From positions 51,460,001-51,524,000 of the forward strand of contig OX597819.1 in the NCBI GenBank assembly GCA_951406725.2: a stretch of DNA of 64,000 nt, given 5' to 3'. Position numbers and translations under genes: made by a program. Under the pieces are notes generated by a model that did no database searches, was not told where the DNA came from, and saw nothing but the letters and a program-made list of their open reading frames with translations. Below, one piece after another: positions 13,018 to 29,589 of this stretch (position 1 is the first letter of the stretch; the number at the start of each line of letters is the position of its first letter). The stretch comes from Octopus vulgaris (taxonomy: Eukaryota).

Positions 13018-13640
13018 CTGTGGACATAACTATATAGGACAAACAAGTATCACACTGAGACGGAGAATTACACTACATAAGGAACAGATTCGGTTCCCGC
13101 AGTACAGACAGATTCTTTTAAGTGAAGCCATAGAGAGACGTGCATGTAATATCCAACCAAACTTCGCTGTTTTCCACATCTACCAGCGCAAAGAAACAAT
13201 TTCTGTACAAGAACGTTGAAATAAAGCAAATTTATTCATCGAAAAACACAGAACACGGCTAAATAAGAGTGCATAACCAACGTTAGTCTCAGTATATAGT
13301 TTAATTCATGATCACATACCCATCACTATGCATATTTCATTTCAATTCTTTAGTTTTTGAGTTTTTGTATATATATTTATTTAACCCCCAAAAGACCAGC
13401 AGTTACCTCTCTTGCTCCCAATAATAATGATCCCCATCCACCGTCCCTTACATTTTTCTACTTGTTGAATCATTCATTCACAAACTTCTCCACACACAAC
13501 ATGGATGAAAATCCTTCATAAGAAAATACGAAATTACAATAATTTCAATGTTAAGATTAGCAAAAGTGAAACCGGTCGACAAACTCAATAGACTGTCACT
13601 TATAAGATATATTTAAAAATATATATTAATAATTAAAGCT
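13018..13640 (+). mobile_element. PLE GIY-YIG remnant plus 3' UTR
   Basis: CGHNYIGQTSITLRRRITLHKEQIRFPQYRQI...ER*NKANLFIEKHRTRLN; GAAACCGGTC half-HHR near 13568. Confidence 0.75.
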
Positions 13641-13667
13641 ATGTAAGCTGTGTGCATTTTCCTTCTC

Positions 13668-13828
<161 letters not shown>

Positions 13829-13871
13829 TGATAGATAGATACAGATATATACTGTGTACATACGTAAGGGA

Positions 13872-14180
13872 TACTGGTGGAATGCACCAATAAAAACATC
13901 AATTCGATGCAAACGTAACAGATCTTATAGTGTTCTGTGGGACAGGAAACAAAACTCATGCACTGCTGTAGAGGTCACATGCCAATCGGATGTGAATGTC
14001 CAATGAAAAGTCAAGAAAAAAAGAGAACATTTATGAGGAATTAATGCGGAAACTACAGATTTTGAACCCTGACTATGAATTCTCATTTGTACGTAATGTC
14101 ATTTGCAGAAAAACCTAGAAAAACACGATTTCACGGGAAAAGAGCAAAAGAAACTGGCGCAGATTCTCTTTACATCGTCA
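13872..14180 (+). mobile_element. R4/Dong-like REL endonuclease remnant
   Basis: [43 protein letters not shown]...KENIYEELMRKLQILNPDYEFSFV, a degenerate NRPD...E...K REL motif. Confidence 0.7.
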
Positions 14181-14234
14181 AATGTTCAGGCGATGAGGGC
14201 GATTAATTAGAACATGAAACCAAATATATATAAG

Positions 14235-14770
14235 GGTCAGGTGTGGCTGTGTGATAAGAAGCTTGCTTCCCAACCACATGATTCTGTGGCACCTTGGGCA
14301 AGTGTCTTCTACTATAGCCTCAGGACAATCAAAGTCTTGCGAGTGGATTTAGTAGAAAAATAACTGAAAGAAACCTGTCATGTGTGTGCTCGTGTGTGCG
14401 TGCGTGTGTGTGTGTATGTGTGTGTGTGTGTGTCTTTCTGTTTGTGTTTGTCCATCATCGCGCTTGATAACCGAGTTACTTATGTTATCTATGTCCGAGT
14501 AACTTAGGGCTTCGGCAAAAGGTGACCGATGGAATAAGTACCAGGCTTAAAAATAATCTTTTCTACCCTAGGCACAAAGCCAGGAATTTTGGGGGATGGT
14601 CCATTCGATCACGTCGACTCCAGTACGCAACTCAACTGGTACTTAATTTATCGACCCCGAAAGGATGAAAGGCAAAGTCGACCTCGGCGGAATTTGAACT
14701 CAGAACGTAACAGCAGACGAAATACTGGTAAGCATTTCGCCTGGCGTGCAAACGTTTCTGTCAGTTCGGG
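14235..14770 (+). mobile_element. OR2-like SINE (+) abutting a Meta-core SINE (-, 14557-14770)
   Basis: Matches to both local families. Confidence 0.85.
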
Positions 14771-14795
14771 GGCCAAACACAGAAACACATATATG

Positions 14796-14933
<138 letters not shown>

Positions 14934-15052
14934 GAAATGAAGAAAATGCTGACAAAATAATTTAAGTAAGGGAGAGTGTATTTAATTAGGTGAAACCCAA
15001 CACCATGTGACTAGAAAACAAACTTCTTAGCACACATCCACGCATGCGCGTA

Positions 15053-15400
<348 letters not shown>

Positions 15401-15449
15401 TATGTGTGTGTGTGTGTGTGTGTGAAGAAAGAGAGATAGGTAGATGCAA

Positions 15450-15660
15450 AGATGAGCCGGTAGAATCGTTAGCAATTAGAAAAATACACTTCATAGCGTT
15501 TTGTCTTTATGTTGTGAGTTCAAATTCCTTCGAAGTCGACTTTGCCTTTCATTTTTCCGTAGATCAATGAAATAAGTACCAGTTGAGCACTGGTGTCGAT
15601 GTACTCGATTAGCTTCCCTTTAGCTCAAAACTGCTGCCTAGTGCCAAAATGAGAAATAAT
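15450..15660 (+). mobile_element. Meta-core SINE, diverged
   Basis: gagttcaaattcc B-box and gtcgactttgcctttcat core. Confidence 0.8.
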
Positions 15661-15903
15661 GTTTTTGAACGTCACGATTAAAGAAAGAATATTTGAGCGG
15701 GAGTGGGGGTGGGGATTGATTAGAATCTTAATTCAAGCAGCAATAGTACTAATATATGTGTTGTTTCAAACCTAAACACATCCAAGAAGTTAATTTAGTC
15801 CTGTCTCAACATTTTCCATAAATCTATATATTAATAACTTCTTAATGATAAATTACTCTTTCATATCTCAAATATCTACATCTATGTCTGTCTGTCTGTC
15901 GCC

Positions 15904-15937
<34 letters not shown>

Positions 15938-15938
15938 C

Positions 15939-16020
<82 letters not shown>

Positions 16021-16088
16021 GTATATATGTATATCTATCTGTCTATCTATCTATCTATCTATCTATATATATATATCTATATATATAC

Positions 16089-16129
<41 letters not shown>

Positions 16130-16143
16130 TATATACATATATA

Positions 16144-16240
<97 letters not shown>

Positions 16241-16659
16241 TGTATGTATCTACATCTATATACACACATACACATCGTCCATATACAACTTATAGTGTAG
16301 AAATTCAAAGCAATAGTCCTATATTTCAAATACGGAGTAAAATTTGCAAGATGTTCCTAAGGCATGATTCAATTAAAATAGTATATAGAGTTGTCCAAAT
16401 ATCTCATTAGTGTCAACTCTGTAGTGATAGTTTGAGTAATGGCTTCTTGCGTATGTATTTTAAATGAATCTTTGAATGTTTGATGATCTTATCTCTCACG
16501 ATGTGTTGCCGACTGATATATTTCAAAAGGTGTTAAATATGTCTTAGAATCAAGGATGCCATTATTTCGTAGATTTTCATAAAACTATAATAATTTTGGC
16601 GTATTTTGTCAGCTAATTTCTTGTTCTATGTTTTTTCTATGAACATATTTCAGATTTCA

Positions 16660-17530
<871 letters not shown>

Positions 17531-18425
17531 CTGACATAGAATTCTTCGGGAGGTGCTGTGAAGAAAGAAACCACTGACATGCGAAAGAATTCATATAAAT
17601 TGATTTAGCTGTTTCAGTCATTGAACCACGACCATGCTGGGGATACCACCTTGAACAAATCGAACTCAGCACTTTTTTCTCTCTCTTTAAAGCCTGCTAT
17701 CTTATGTTTGTCTCTCAGCGGTGTTTGCGTGTTTGTTTACGTCCCCTGTAACATAGCAGTTCGGCAAGTGACACCAATAGAATAAGGGATCAGACTTCAA
17801 ATAAGAAAACAAAAAAAAAAAAAATACAAAAAGAAAGAATGGACATGTACTGGGGTCGATTTCTTCTACGAAGTCGGTAGCCCAGCAATGACGGCGTCCA
17901 ATGACAAAAACAAGTAAAAGATACAAGGCAAAAGATTAATAAAGGGGTGTTTAGTAGTAAAAAAGGATGCGAGTCACTGGTTTATACATATGCAACAACA
18001 TGAACAGAGATATTTCTAGCTTTTAGTCCTCAACTAATCTCCTCTATGGATAGTCGTATCAAATCGCAATATTACTTTGATAAATGTTCTATACAAAATC
18101 AGTTTGGTAGACAGTTTTCATTTGACAGCAAGTATTATGAAGAATATGATAAATCTAAAATACGCCCAGCATTAAAAGTATTAAACAGATATATGATTGC
18201 ACTTTTTTTTAATGAATTATGCATATAAGTAAATTACGTTTGGTACTAAATATCACTACACAATATAAATGTGAACGTATGCATACAAATACATATATAT
18301 AACTACATACAAATACATACGTCTTCATAACTGACTCAATCTAGCTATTTATCAATCTAGCTAACAATCTAGCTACCCATATACACACACATATGTATTT
18401 ATATATCTACGTACATATGTATATG

Positions 18426-18496
<71 letters not shown>

Positions 18497-18513
18497 GTAT
18501 ATATATACATACA

Positions 18514-18557
<44 letters not shown>

Positions 18558-18658
18558 TATATACTTAGATATATATAAATATATACACACATATATATAT
18601 ATACTTAGATGTATATAAATATATATATATATCAGAAGATTATGCATGTATGCCTGTA

Positions 18659-18701
<43 letters not shown>

Positions 18702-20136
18702 TCTTGTATGTAATGATGAGACTAGAGTCTCGTATTTCATATATTCAACTTCCCATGCTTTAAATGGTGTTTTGTTTTGCTTAATTTTTTTTTTTTTTAT
18801 TCTTTTCGTATTTTTACGTCTCCATCTGAGTTCTAACGAACAACTCAGCTTTAATATAAAACGGTTTTAAAAATTGAATACATATTCTTGGCTGAAAATT
18901 AAAACTTATCAGTAAGCAGTCTTTCATGTAAGCATTTTAATCATTTTTAATAAAAATTTTTGGAAATATATGCACATTATTTTTCTGCTTTCTCACAAGT
19001 TTTAATTCAATTCCGCCTGTAATTTAATTCGCTGTTTTGGTTTGTTTTCTTTATATATTTCGATATTACTGACATGTTCCATCATTCTATGCCTTTTCCC
19101 CCCTCGCTCTCTCTCTATCTATCTATCTATCTTTCTCTTTTCTTTCTTTCTTTCTTTCTTTCTCTCTCTCCTTCAGTTCTATTCTCATTAGACAGTCATT
19201 GAAGCTAAGTTGTGATATTTTTTTGTTGAAAAATATGTAATAAATAAAAATAACTACCACAACAAAGAAGACTGCATATGTAAAAATGGCTACCTTACAT
19301 AAAAGTAAATTTTTTTCAAATTTTTAGTTGTTTTTTTATTTGACAAAAAGGAAATAATTTAATTAAGTTTTATGTAACTAATGTCTAGTTAAACGCTATA
19401 AGTACAGGGCAAATTAATAATAATGATGATAATAAAAATAACAATAATAGTTATAACAACAACAACAACGACCGTAATAATAATATTAGAAACAATAACG
19501 ATCGTCATCAGTGTTATCATCATCATCATCACCATCGTAGGCGTCATCGTCGTAATCATTGCAACTCTGAAAATGAAATATTATGACACATCTAGTGAAA
19601 TTAAAGCTAATAATGACATGTAAGTTTTGCAAATACACAGGCAATTGTAAAGGAAATTAAGAAATATAAAATAAAATAAAAATTTAAAAAACTACAATTT
19701 CCGAGAGGTAACCTACTCTTTGAAAATTCTAATGTACATTGAGAGATACTTTCTGAATATTTTGTGTATTATTATTTTATTATGTATTTAAATGGGAAAA
19801 AAATAAATAAATAATGATAATAATAAATTAGACGGAATTGTGGGATAGAAAATAAAAAAATATATATAATGTAGAAAACGAATAGAAATCATTTCTGAAA
19901 GTGCATACACAGAAAATTATGTAAACTCTTACATGATGTGTGTGCATGTGTGTGTATATATATGTATATAAATATACATATTTATATATATATGTATGAG
20001 CATGTGTGTGCACGTATGTGTGTGCACATGAAACATATAAATATATTTTAGCATTTATACATATTTTTTTTACATATGCACCTATGTTATATGCCTGTAA
20101 TTTATGAATGTTAGCATATATGAGTGCGTGTATATA

Positions 20137-20208
<72 letters not shown>

Positions 20209-20785
20209 TATGTGCGTATGTATGTTTGCATATATATATATATATATATACATACGTACATATGCATGTATATATATAAATATATATATATATTTTGCAT
20301 TTGCGTATGTATGTTTGTGTGTATATATATATATACATATATATATATTGTGTGTGTGTGTGTGTGTGTGTGTGATGTGTTGTGTACATTTGAATTCGGA
20401 AAGAAAAATACTCAATGCAAAATTCTTGCTCATTTTTTAAAGGAGGGAGCGTTGTTTCTTTTGTAAGTGTTGTTGCAGTGCTGTAATTATTCTCCATTAC
20501 TACTTTAAGTTTTGTGAGTGGTATTTATATGTACCATTATACATATACACACACATGCACACACATATGTATAAATATATATATTTATGTACATGTATAT
20601 GTATCTATCTACCTATCTAGCTAGCTAACTTTCCATCTATGTATGTAGCTATCTATTTATAAATGTGGAGAACCGCTTTTAGATATTATATTAAAAACAC
20701 AGCTACGTTCATGTTAAATCTCTCTTTTAATAGGGTTTTCCCGTATTAGCATATAATCCAATTGCAGTGTACTTGAAATAATAAA

Positions 20786-20842
20786 GTTCTTACATCCATT
20801 TATATAGATGTTTCCAGACTATCTAAGCCTCATTAGCAGGAT
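20786..20842 (-). ncRNA. Degenerate hammerhead motif in a probable PLE pLTR
   Basis: CTAATGA-GGCT(TAGAT)AGTC-TG-GAAACATCTATATAAATGGATGTA; long stem III, core G5 mutated, weak stem I. Confidence 0.45.
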
Positions 20843-21572
20843 ATTAGCTGCTCTTCCTCACTGATATAAGCAGCTTTAATTTATGTTAATTTTACCACCA
20901 GAATTTTAACCTTAGATTTCCACGTCGCCAGGCACGTATTTTGGCCCAAGCGTATTTAAATAGATACTAGCTTTGTATTTATACACATCACAGCTTAATA
21001 TGACCGCCTCATAATATTTCTTTCAGCTTTGCGCTGTGATAGAGGTATTATTTTTATAATTAATCGTCCATTTTGTTGCGAATTCTATATAGTATAAATG
21101 TTCATTATGTTTTCTATATATCATTGTTTTATGGTGTTTGATGTAGTATGCTTCATATGTTTCTTATTGTAGATACATTGTGAGTCTACGAGAGAATGTT
21201 GTACACATATGGACATAGCAGTTATAAATATAAATTTTACAGTTCTCCTTATTACAATCGTATTCACGAATTATGTTGCTTATTTGTAGATTGTTTTCAG
21301 GTTTACATGTTCAAGATTCAAGAAACGGGACGAATACCGCAAAAGGTACAAGCTACTGTTCTAACGAATCTAATAATTTGCTACAAAGAAAGGAATATGG
21401 AGTGCTTAACCAAACACTAGAAGCGCTACAAAGCCAGCATACAGACTAATATACCCAGCTATGAGCTTGAAAATACCTGATAACATAAACTAAACCGCTT
21501 TCAGAAATTTGAAATAACACCAGATTACAACTATGGAATTACCCCCAGCGCAATACATGACTTAGAAATACC

Positions 21573-22192
21573 TAAGGCGGCGAGCTGGCAGAAACGTTAG
21601 CACGCCGGGCGAAATGCTTAGCGGTATTTCGTCTGCCGTTACGTTCTGAGTTCAAATTCCGCCGAGGTCGACTTTGCCTTTCATCCTTTCGGGGTCGATA
21701 AATTAAGTACCAGTTACGCACTGGGGTCGATGTAATCGTCTTAATCCGTTTGTCTGTCCGTGTTTGTCCTCTCTGTGTTTAACCCCTTGTGGGTAGTAAA
21801 GAAATAGGTATTTCGTCTGCCGTATTTCGCCTGCCGCTACGTTCTGAGATTCCGCCGAGATCGACTTTGCCTTTCATCCTTTCGGGGTCGATAAATTAAG
21901 TACCAGTTACGCACTGGGGTCGATGTAATCGTCTTAATCCGTTTGTCTGTCCGTGTTTGTCCTCTCTGTGTTTAACCCCTTGTGGGTAGTAAAGAAATAG
22001 GTATTTCGTCTGCCGTATTTCGCCTGCCGCTACGTTCTGAGATTCCGCCGAGATCGACTTTGCCTTTCATTCTTTCGGGGTCGATAAATTAAGTACTAGT
22101 TACGCATTGGGGTCGATGTAATCGATTCAATCCCTTTGTCTGTCCTTGTTTGTCCCCTCTATGTTTAGCCCCTTGTGGGCAATAAAGAAATA
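21573..22192 (+). mobile_element. Meta-core SINE followed by two 192-bp head-less tandem units
   Basis: Units 21809-22000 and 22001-22192 both begin gtatttcgtctgccgtatttcgcc; possible TSD agaaatac (about 21565 / 22193). Confidence 0.9.
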
Positions 22193-22209
22193 AGAAATAC
22201 GTAATTTAG

Positions 22210-22435
22210 AAATATTGGTTTCAAATTATTTTGGCAGCGGGCCAGCAAGTTCGGGGGAGTAAGTCATTCGTTTAGATCGACCCTAGTGCTCACTGGTATT
22301 TACTTCATATACTCCGAAAGGATGAAAGGTAAAGTCGACCGCGGTAAAATTTGAACTCAGAATGTAAAAACGGACGAGATGCTTCTAAGCATTTTATCCA
22401 GCGTGCTAACGTTACTACCTGCTCGCAGGCTTAAC
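22210..22435 (-). mobile_element. Meta-core SINE, antisense to the neighbouring copy
   Basis: Reverse complement of the family, with the tttgaaaccaatatt tail type. Confidence 0.85.
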
Positions 22436-22980
22436 CGATAAAGTAGTATTAACGACACAAATATATTTAAATTCTCCCAGTTTGATATTGCCCAAATATA
22501 TCTGTACATTTCGAAGCTTCTGCTCACCGGGGATTGGAATTTATATTACGCATTGTGATATTAAAGATAGGGATGTCGATATACTCTTGTACTCTTGAAT
22601 ATCACCGGTTCCCAACAGATACCAATAATCCATTTCGATGGATTTCTTTGATGAGACACAAAGTTGCGATCTATGCGGATTATTTATTCTGCATAGGCTT
22701 AAATCTATATTTAAGGAGTTAACTATAGGCCCATGCAAAAATTACTCTCAACAATCTCTATGAGCATAAATAGAGATAATCTGGACAAACTATTGAGAGA
22801 TTAGCCCGGATTCGGCTGTGAAGCTAAGAATATCACTTTGCATCAACGTGGTTTCGTGTTCATTCTCACTACACAGCATCTCATGCAATAGTCCTCTACT
22901 ATGCCTTGTGAGTGAATTTAGACTGAAACTGTACTGAAGTCTTCCGCCAAATGTTTGTATGAAATTATCTGTGAGTGTCG

Positions 22981-23062
<82 letters not shown>

Positions 23063-23092
23063 ATGCATGCAGGTGTATGTGTGTGTGTTTGT

Positions 23093-24480
23093 GTGATGGC
23101 CGTAGTACAGTGACTAAAAGGAAAAACATCTTTAGTACTTTTAAAGAACTAGGAGTTGATTTCACAGTAAGTACAAAGAGAGTTAATTCTATTCACGTTA
23201 TATATACATCATAACACAAATAAAAACAGAACGTAGTGAGAGCAAAACTGAATGTTCATCTACATTGAGACGAGTTCCAACTACTCTCTCTAAATCTTTC
23301 AAAACCATATCAACAATATTAATAGGTTCCTCTGTGTGCTTTCGTATAAATCAACACTTGATATAGCTTCACTCAGCTGTAGCAATGTTCCCGAACAGTA
23401 AGTATGTAGAAAAAGAAATTTATTGTCAAACCTGAACGAGTTAACGAAACTAAAAACCTTATAATTCTAAGAGGATAGTAATTTGGTTTAAATATCCGTA
23501 CAATCTGAACATGAAATTACAGACGATGTCCTAAATTTAGTTCTGAAATATTTATTTTCCTAAATGTTTCAAGCTATTTACCGAGAAAAAAATCAAAAGT
23601 TATTCATCAAAAAGGTACAGCATAGTATAGGTATCATATCAAGATCAGATGATGATCAAGGTGTACTACTCTGGCTGGGCCTTCTCCATCGCCTTGACGT
23701 GATACATGTTGCCCATCATAAACATTAGCCCCTTAAAGTTATCATGTGACGGGGTGGTTCTCTTGGCCCTCAAAATATCTTTGTCAGTAGAGAATAGGTG
23801 CTCAGCTGCAGTACTGGATATTATAGTGGTGTTATACTTTGTGAACAGGTCGATCAAAACCTGCCCACTGAACAAGGCGACTTCAGTCAGGACCCCCTTC
23901 GCGACGGCCTCCGGACAGGTTTTCACCAAGTTCTGCGCCTTGGACTTCAGTGACCTGTGGCTCCTGCTCTCCCGCAACCGAGTGACGTTGCTGAAGAAAT
24001 CACCTTCTTCATCTTCATTGCTGGTAATACTGCTTCCCTCCTCATTGGTCTTCATTAGGGCTGTCTCTACGACAGTCTCCATGGCGTTTGTTACTCTGCT
24101 AACCTAGCTATTATTATACTGCTCCAGCCAGAACAGGCGAAACTTGGGGTGGGAGGCAGCGGCTAGCTGGCACTCCAGATCTTCTTGTAGAAGCCCAAAC
24201 CTTTTCGTGATGTCTTCCAGTATTGTGTCCACGGGAGGACTGCAGCAAAGGAGATGTTTGAATTTGGCCTCCTTCAATATCATAACGGTAGCTGACACAG
24301 TTGGTTAAAGGCTCCTGAGATAGGTCTGGTCCTCCTAATAGATTTTATCCAAGGCCTTAACATTAGACATCATCTGGGCGTACTCCGTCAGGAAGCCGAC
24401 ATCAGAATCAGTGAAGGTCTGCAGTTTGAGCTGTGTCAATATCCTGTAGACAGCTCCTCGATTCTTCGCCAGCAGGTATA
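23093..24480 (-). mobile_element. hAT transposon 3' half (pseudogenised transposase)
   Basis: FLTEYAQMMSNVKALD, ITKRFG...LAAASHPKFRLFW, and dimerisation domain LFTKYNTTIISSTAAEHLFSTDKDILRAKRTTPSHDNFKGLMFM. Confidence 0.85.
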
Positions 24481-25153
<673 letters not shown>

Positions 25154-25528
25154 AATTGCGTAATGGTAAGGAAATACCACGACGCTGATGACACCATTAT
25201 CATAACTCCAGAACTTACTTTTTCCCTCGTCGTTCACAAATCATTGACTTGAAAAATCCTAGCGACTGACTAATGTCCATTGGCAAGCAATAATTTGATA
25301 AAGATCCCTATTTTTAACATTTTTACCATTTTATTGGACAAAAGAACAAATCGCATTTCTGCGGTAATGGAGAGAACATTGGTGCCAAGTACTATATTCT
25401 ACAGAATACAACAAGCAATAATGTTTCCTCCACTAGCAGAACCGATATTGCACGACCATCAGTCATCATCATCATCATCATCATCGTTTTCGTCTTCGCC
25501 GCCGTCCTCATCGGCGGCGGCGGCGTTG

Positions 25529-25591
<63 letters not shown>

Positions 25592-25879
25592 CCATCGTCG
25601 TCGTCTTCGTCGTTGCTGTCGTCGACGTCAGTACAGTCAGATGCAGCATACTGTAATGCCGGTTATATAGTCTATCGGCCAGTGTTACTGCTGCCATTAC
25701 TTATCCTCATCGTCGTCATCATCGCCAACATTGTAGTCGTCATCATCGTCGTCATCGTTGTCATCGTCGTCGTCGTCATCATCATCATAATCATCATCAT
25801 CATCACCATCGTCGTCGTTATCATCATCATCAACAATATCTACTACTGCTGCTGCCTTCACTACAACTTCTTCTTTACA

Positions 25880-25934
<55 letters not shown>

Positions 25935-26551
25935 TTCTACTATGTTTCACAGTCACTAACAATAGCCTCTTGTACCAGAAATATCGACATCAGCGCCACT
26001 ACTGCCACCGCAACCATAACCAACAATACAAAATAAAACAAGCACTACCATTACCCCCACCATCTCACCCGTGCCACCCTCGCGACTACCAACATAATTA
26101 GTGACTCCACTCCCACGACCCACGTTGCCGTCAATATCATCATAAGTATTCAAACCAGTACCATTTCACTAACACCACTAGTACCACCAATATCACTAAC
26201 ATCATTATTCACGACCACTACCACTACCAATACTACCAATAAACCATCACAAGCTGTGGCCTATCTGACCTACAGCATTAACTTCTCCCATTATCACCCC
26301 ACCGGTAACCCTACTGTAACCACAACAGACAGCACTATCACAACCACCTTACCAGAAATATTACTACAAACACACAGACCACGTGTTCCTATCACTTCAT
26401 GGCACTGGTTTCCTGCTATAGAGTCTCTGACGGTCCATTTGGCAAAACTGATTTCAGTACGCTCTTGTACCGTTCGTAAAATTTACTGGAGAGCATCATA
26501 TCTCTCTCTGTTTTCCGTCTACCTCCCCTCTCTGTCTGTTTATTTATCTCC

Positions 26552-26601
<50 letters not shown>

Positions 26602-26739
26602 TCTCTCTCTCTCTCTTACTCTAACCACTTTTCTCATCAAGTGCTGCTTGATGAATTTGATGAGGGGGTGTTGATCTGAGAGAAAAAAAAAAGCATTCTC
26701 AAATCCTTTCAGTTGCGAATATTATATAATGTTTTTCAC

Positions 26740-27200
26740 TATAACCAGCATGTAGTAGAAAGATTTCGTATTTTTCTTTGCTAAGAGAATAGAATTTCTG
26801 CTCGAGCATGCCCGATGTGTCTATCAAGTATCTTCAACTTGATATAGTTCCGAAAATCACCCATGTCTCATGGAGACCTGTTTCAAGAGATCTATCTAAA
26901 ATACTGGCTTCGTTTGAATAAGCAGTTTGCTTTTGTCTCGCAACTTGTTTGGGCTCTTATTATTGCTGCCCTTCTTTTTTTTGTTCTAGATGGCTTCCTG
27001 CATTTCTCGATCCTGTCTCCTCCTCATTGCCGCTATGAGTACCGCGATGGCGCGGTACTGCCGTCGTAGTATCAGACCAGTCTTTGCACTAGCGCATGGC
27101 AATCACTCACTCAAACAGTCGTTATAATCACATACGGCAACTAGGCGTTCTCTCCGCGCCACCACTCCAATCGACCTCCGATTCACTCCTTCATTAAAGT
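26740..27200 (-). mobile_element. Possible PIF/Harbinger transposase N-terminal relic
   Basis: Basic RRRQ...KKKK stretch, then DLLKQV...GDFRNYIKL, resembling the LL.EL...D..F.NY.R motif; heavily disrupted. Confidence 0.3.
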
Positions 27201-27315
27201 CTATTATTGACACTATGAAACCTTCTGACATATCTATTAATGTATACATAAATACATGGAAGCTTTCATGAACATATGCATGCGCTTGCTAATATGCATA
27301 TAAGTATATATATAC

Positions 27316-27500
27316 CAAACCTGAACGTCTTAACGAGATTAAAATCCTTAAAAGCTGTAAACGGACTGTAAATTTGTCTCTAATTCCAATACAGCCTAAA
27401 TGTGAATTGGCAAAAAATGTCTGAAATGTATTTCTTAAACATTTTCCTACAGACACAAATGTTCCAGGCCATTTAACTGCAAAACATGAAAGTTAACTAT
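27316..27500 (-). mobile_element. Diverged copy of the hAT subterminal segment at 23448-23602
   Basis: Colinear similarity from aaacctgaacg..ttaacga..taaaa.cctta to aaagtta. Confidence 0.55.
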
Positions 27501-28030
27501 AGTTGCATGTTGAGCATGGGGTGAATAATCACAGGCAGTAATCACAACAGGGAAATGCAACACAGGAGTAGACCTGCAGAAATTCCATTATCCAAAATAA
27601 CAAGAGAGAGACTGCACACGATGTATGTGGTGCTCAAAGGGATCCGGTTTCGATCTCATAGCGTGGCATCGTGGGAATGTAGCCTTTCGCGTGAAATGAG
27701 GTAGATAAAACTGTATACAATCTCTCTGGGAGCTAATGCCTGTATTTTAAAGATATGACCTTGTCACGATGCGTCAAGCTAGTCGCGCCTGAACATTCTC
27801 TGTAGAATACTCATCAACATACGAGCTACCTCAAGCAGCAGATAGTCCAGCTTATTGAACAACTAAATACTATGGCTGGCGCCGACGGAGACCTAATTAC
27901 ACATGCATGCTCACAGGTATATACGATGTGTGTGTGTGTGTGTGTGTGAGTGTGCGTGCGTGTGTATAAACAGAGAGAGACTCAGACAACCAGACAGATA
28001 CATACACACATAAATGCTTGTACATACATA

Positions 28031-28097
<67 letters not shown>

Positions 28098-28123
28098 AGC
28101 ATTTATGTGTATGTACAAGCATT

Positions 28124-28163
<40 letters not shown>

Positions 28164-28280
28164 TGCATTTACGTATGCAGGACACTTTCAACATATACAT
28201 GCATATATGTATGTATGCTATGTATCAATGTATATATTTATGTTATATATATATATATATATATATATGAAAATATATGC

Positions 28281-28325
<45 letters not shown>

Positions 28326-28329
28326 ATGC

Positions 28330-28417
<88 letters not shown>

Positions 28418-29129
28418 TATATACAGTAAGCGTATGCCTGCATGAAAGATATGTATCATAAAAGTAGATGATCAGCGGCAATGGTTACCAGTAATTAGAG
28501 GCCTACAGCTTCGTTGGAAAAGAAAAGTAAACGAGAAGGAAACGAGAGAGAAAAAAAATATGTACAGAGCCAGAAATCATTAACGAAATACATATGCTAG
28601 ACAATTTGAAAGGAATCGACTGAATAGTGGGAGGGGAAGCGGGAGCCGTTTGATGATTCAAACATACTGTGTACTATAGCATACTTAGGTACACACTCAA
28701 ATTTGAAGGAGACAGATATGCTTGTATCTATGTCAATATGTATGTGTATATGGATGTGATTATGTATTTAGATAAGTATGTATGTATTGCGTATGTCTGT
28801 GTGTGTATACACGTGTACTTATACATAGACACACATACAGAATGCAGGCATACAGATTTCTTTGAGACGTAGAGATTTAGCAAGGCACATAAAGAGTGGA
28901 TGAGTGAGGGAAGGAGGAAAAGAGGAGAGAGATGAACGTACTCACTCACAGGGCGATTTTCGTTCCAAATGGAAATCTGGTAGATACATATGTATGTATG
29001 TATGCATGCATGTATGTATGTATGTATGTATGTATGTATGTATGTATGTATGTATGTATGTATGTATGTGTGCATGCATGTATGTGTGCATGCATGTATG
29101 TGTATATATATATGTATACACATATATTC

Positions 29130-29181
29130 GTCTCCGATGAAGGGATATTATTAATTAATATCCTAGAAACAGCTGTAAGAC
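29130..29181 (+). ncRNA. Minimal type-I hammerhead (U4 to C) at the start of a pLTR fragment (to about 29317)
   Basis: GTCT-CCGATGA-A-GGGATATTA/TAATATCCT-A-GAAAC-AGCT-GTA-AGAC. Confidence 0.7.
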
Positions 29182-29313
29182 CTTCTATCTATAAATGCTC
29201 TAATATCTATATAGCCTTGGTTTTTTATCTTATTACGCAAAAATTCTTATATACACACGCTGACATAGAACCAATGTTGAACCCTTTATTCGCATATTAC
29301 CGAATCTGGAACT

Positions 29314-29395
<82 letters not shown>

Positions 29396-29398
<3 letters not shown>

Positions 29399-29560
29399 GA
29401 ATTTATAGAGAAGCAAAGACGAAGACAGGTGTACAAACAACATGCAAGTGTATTAGTCTGACGCTCGGGAAGGTGAGAAAGTCTTTTACGTTTCGAGCCT
29501 ACACTCTTCAAAACAAAGGAAGAAGAGGAAATAAGCAAAGAGAATAAAAAGAGAGAGAAT
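29396..29560 (-). mobile_element. Neptune-type PLE 3' pLTR copy with HHR-like motif
   Basis: Homologous to 10170-10330; ttgaagagtgtaggctcgaaacgtaaaag; 3' end in (TA)n. Confidence 0.8.
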
Positions 29561-29589
29561 ATCTATATGAAAGAGTAACAAAGATGTAC

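Noticed and set aside
18712-18735. TGATGAGACTAGAGTCTC hairpin as a hammerhead
   Set aside because: Lacks the C3 and GAAA core elements
21196-21570. Possible PLE reverse transcriptase relic
   Set aside because: Only a faint resemblance; catalytic motifs are not recognisable
21573-22192. CRISPR-like array or satellite
   Set aside because: Eukaryotic context; the units are SINE segments with no unique spacers and no cas genes
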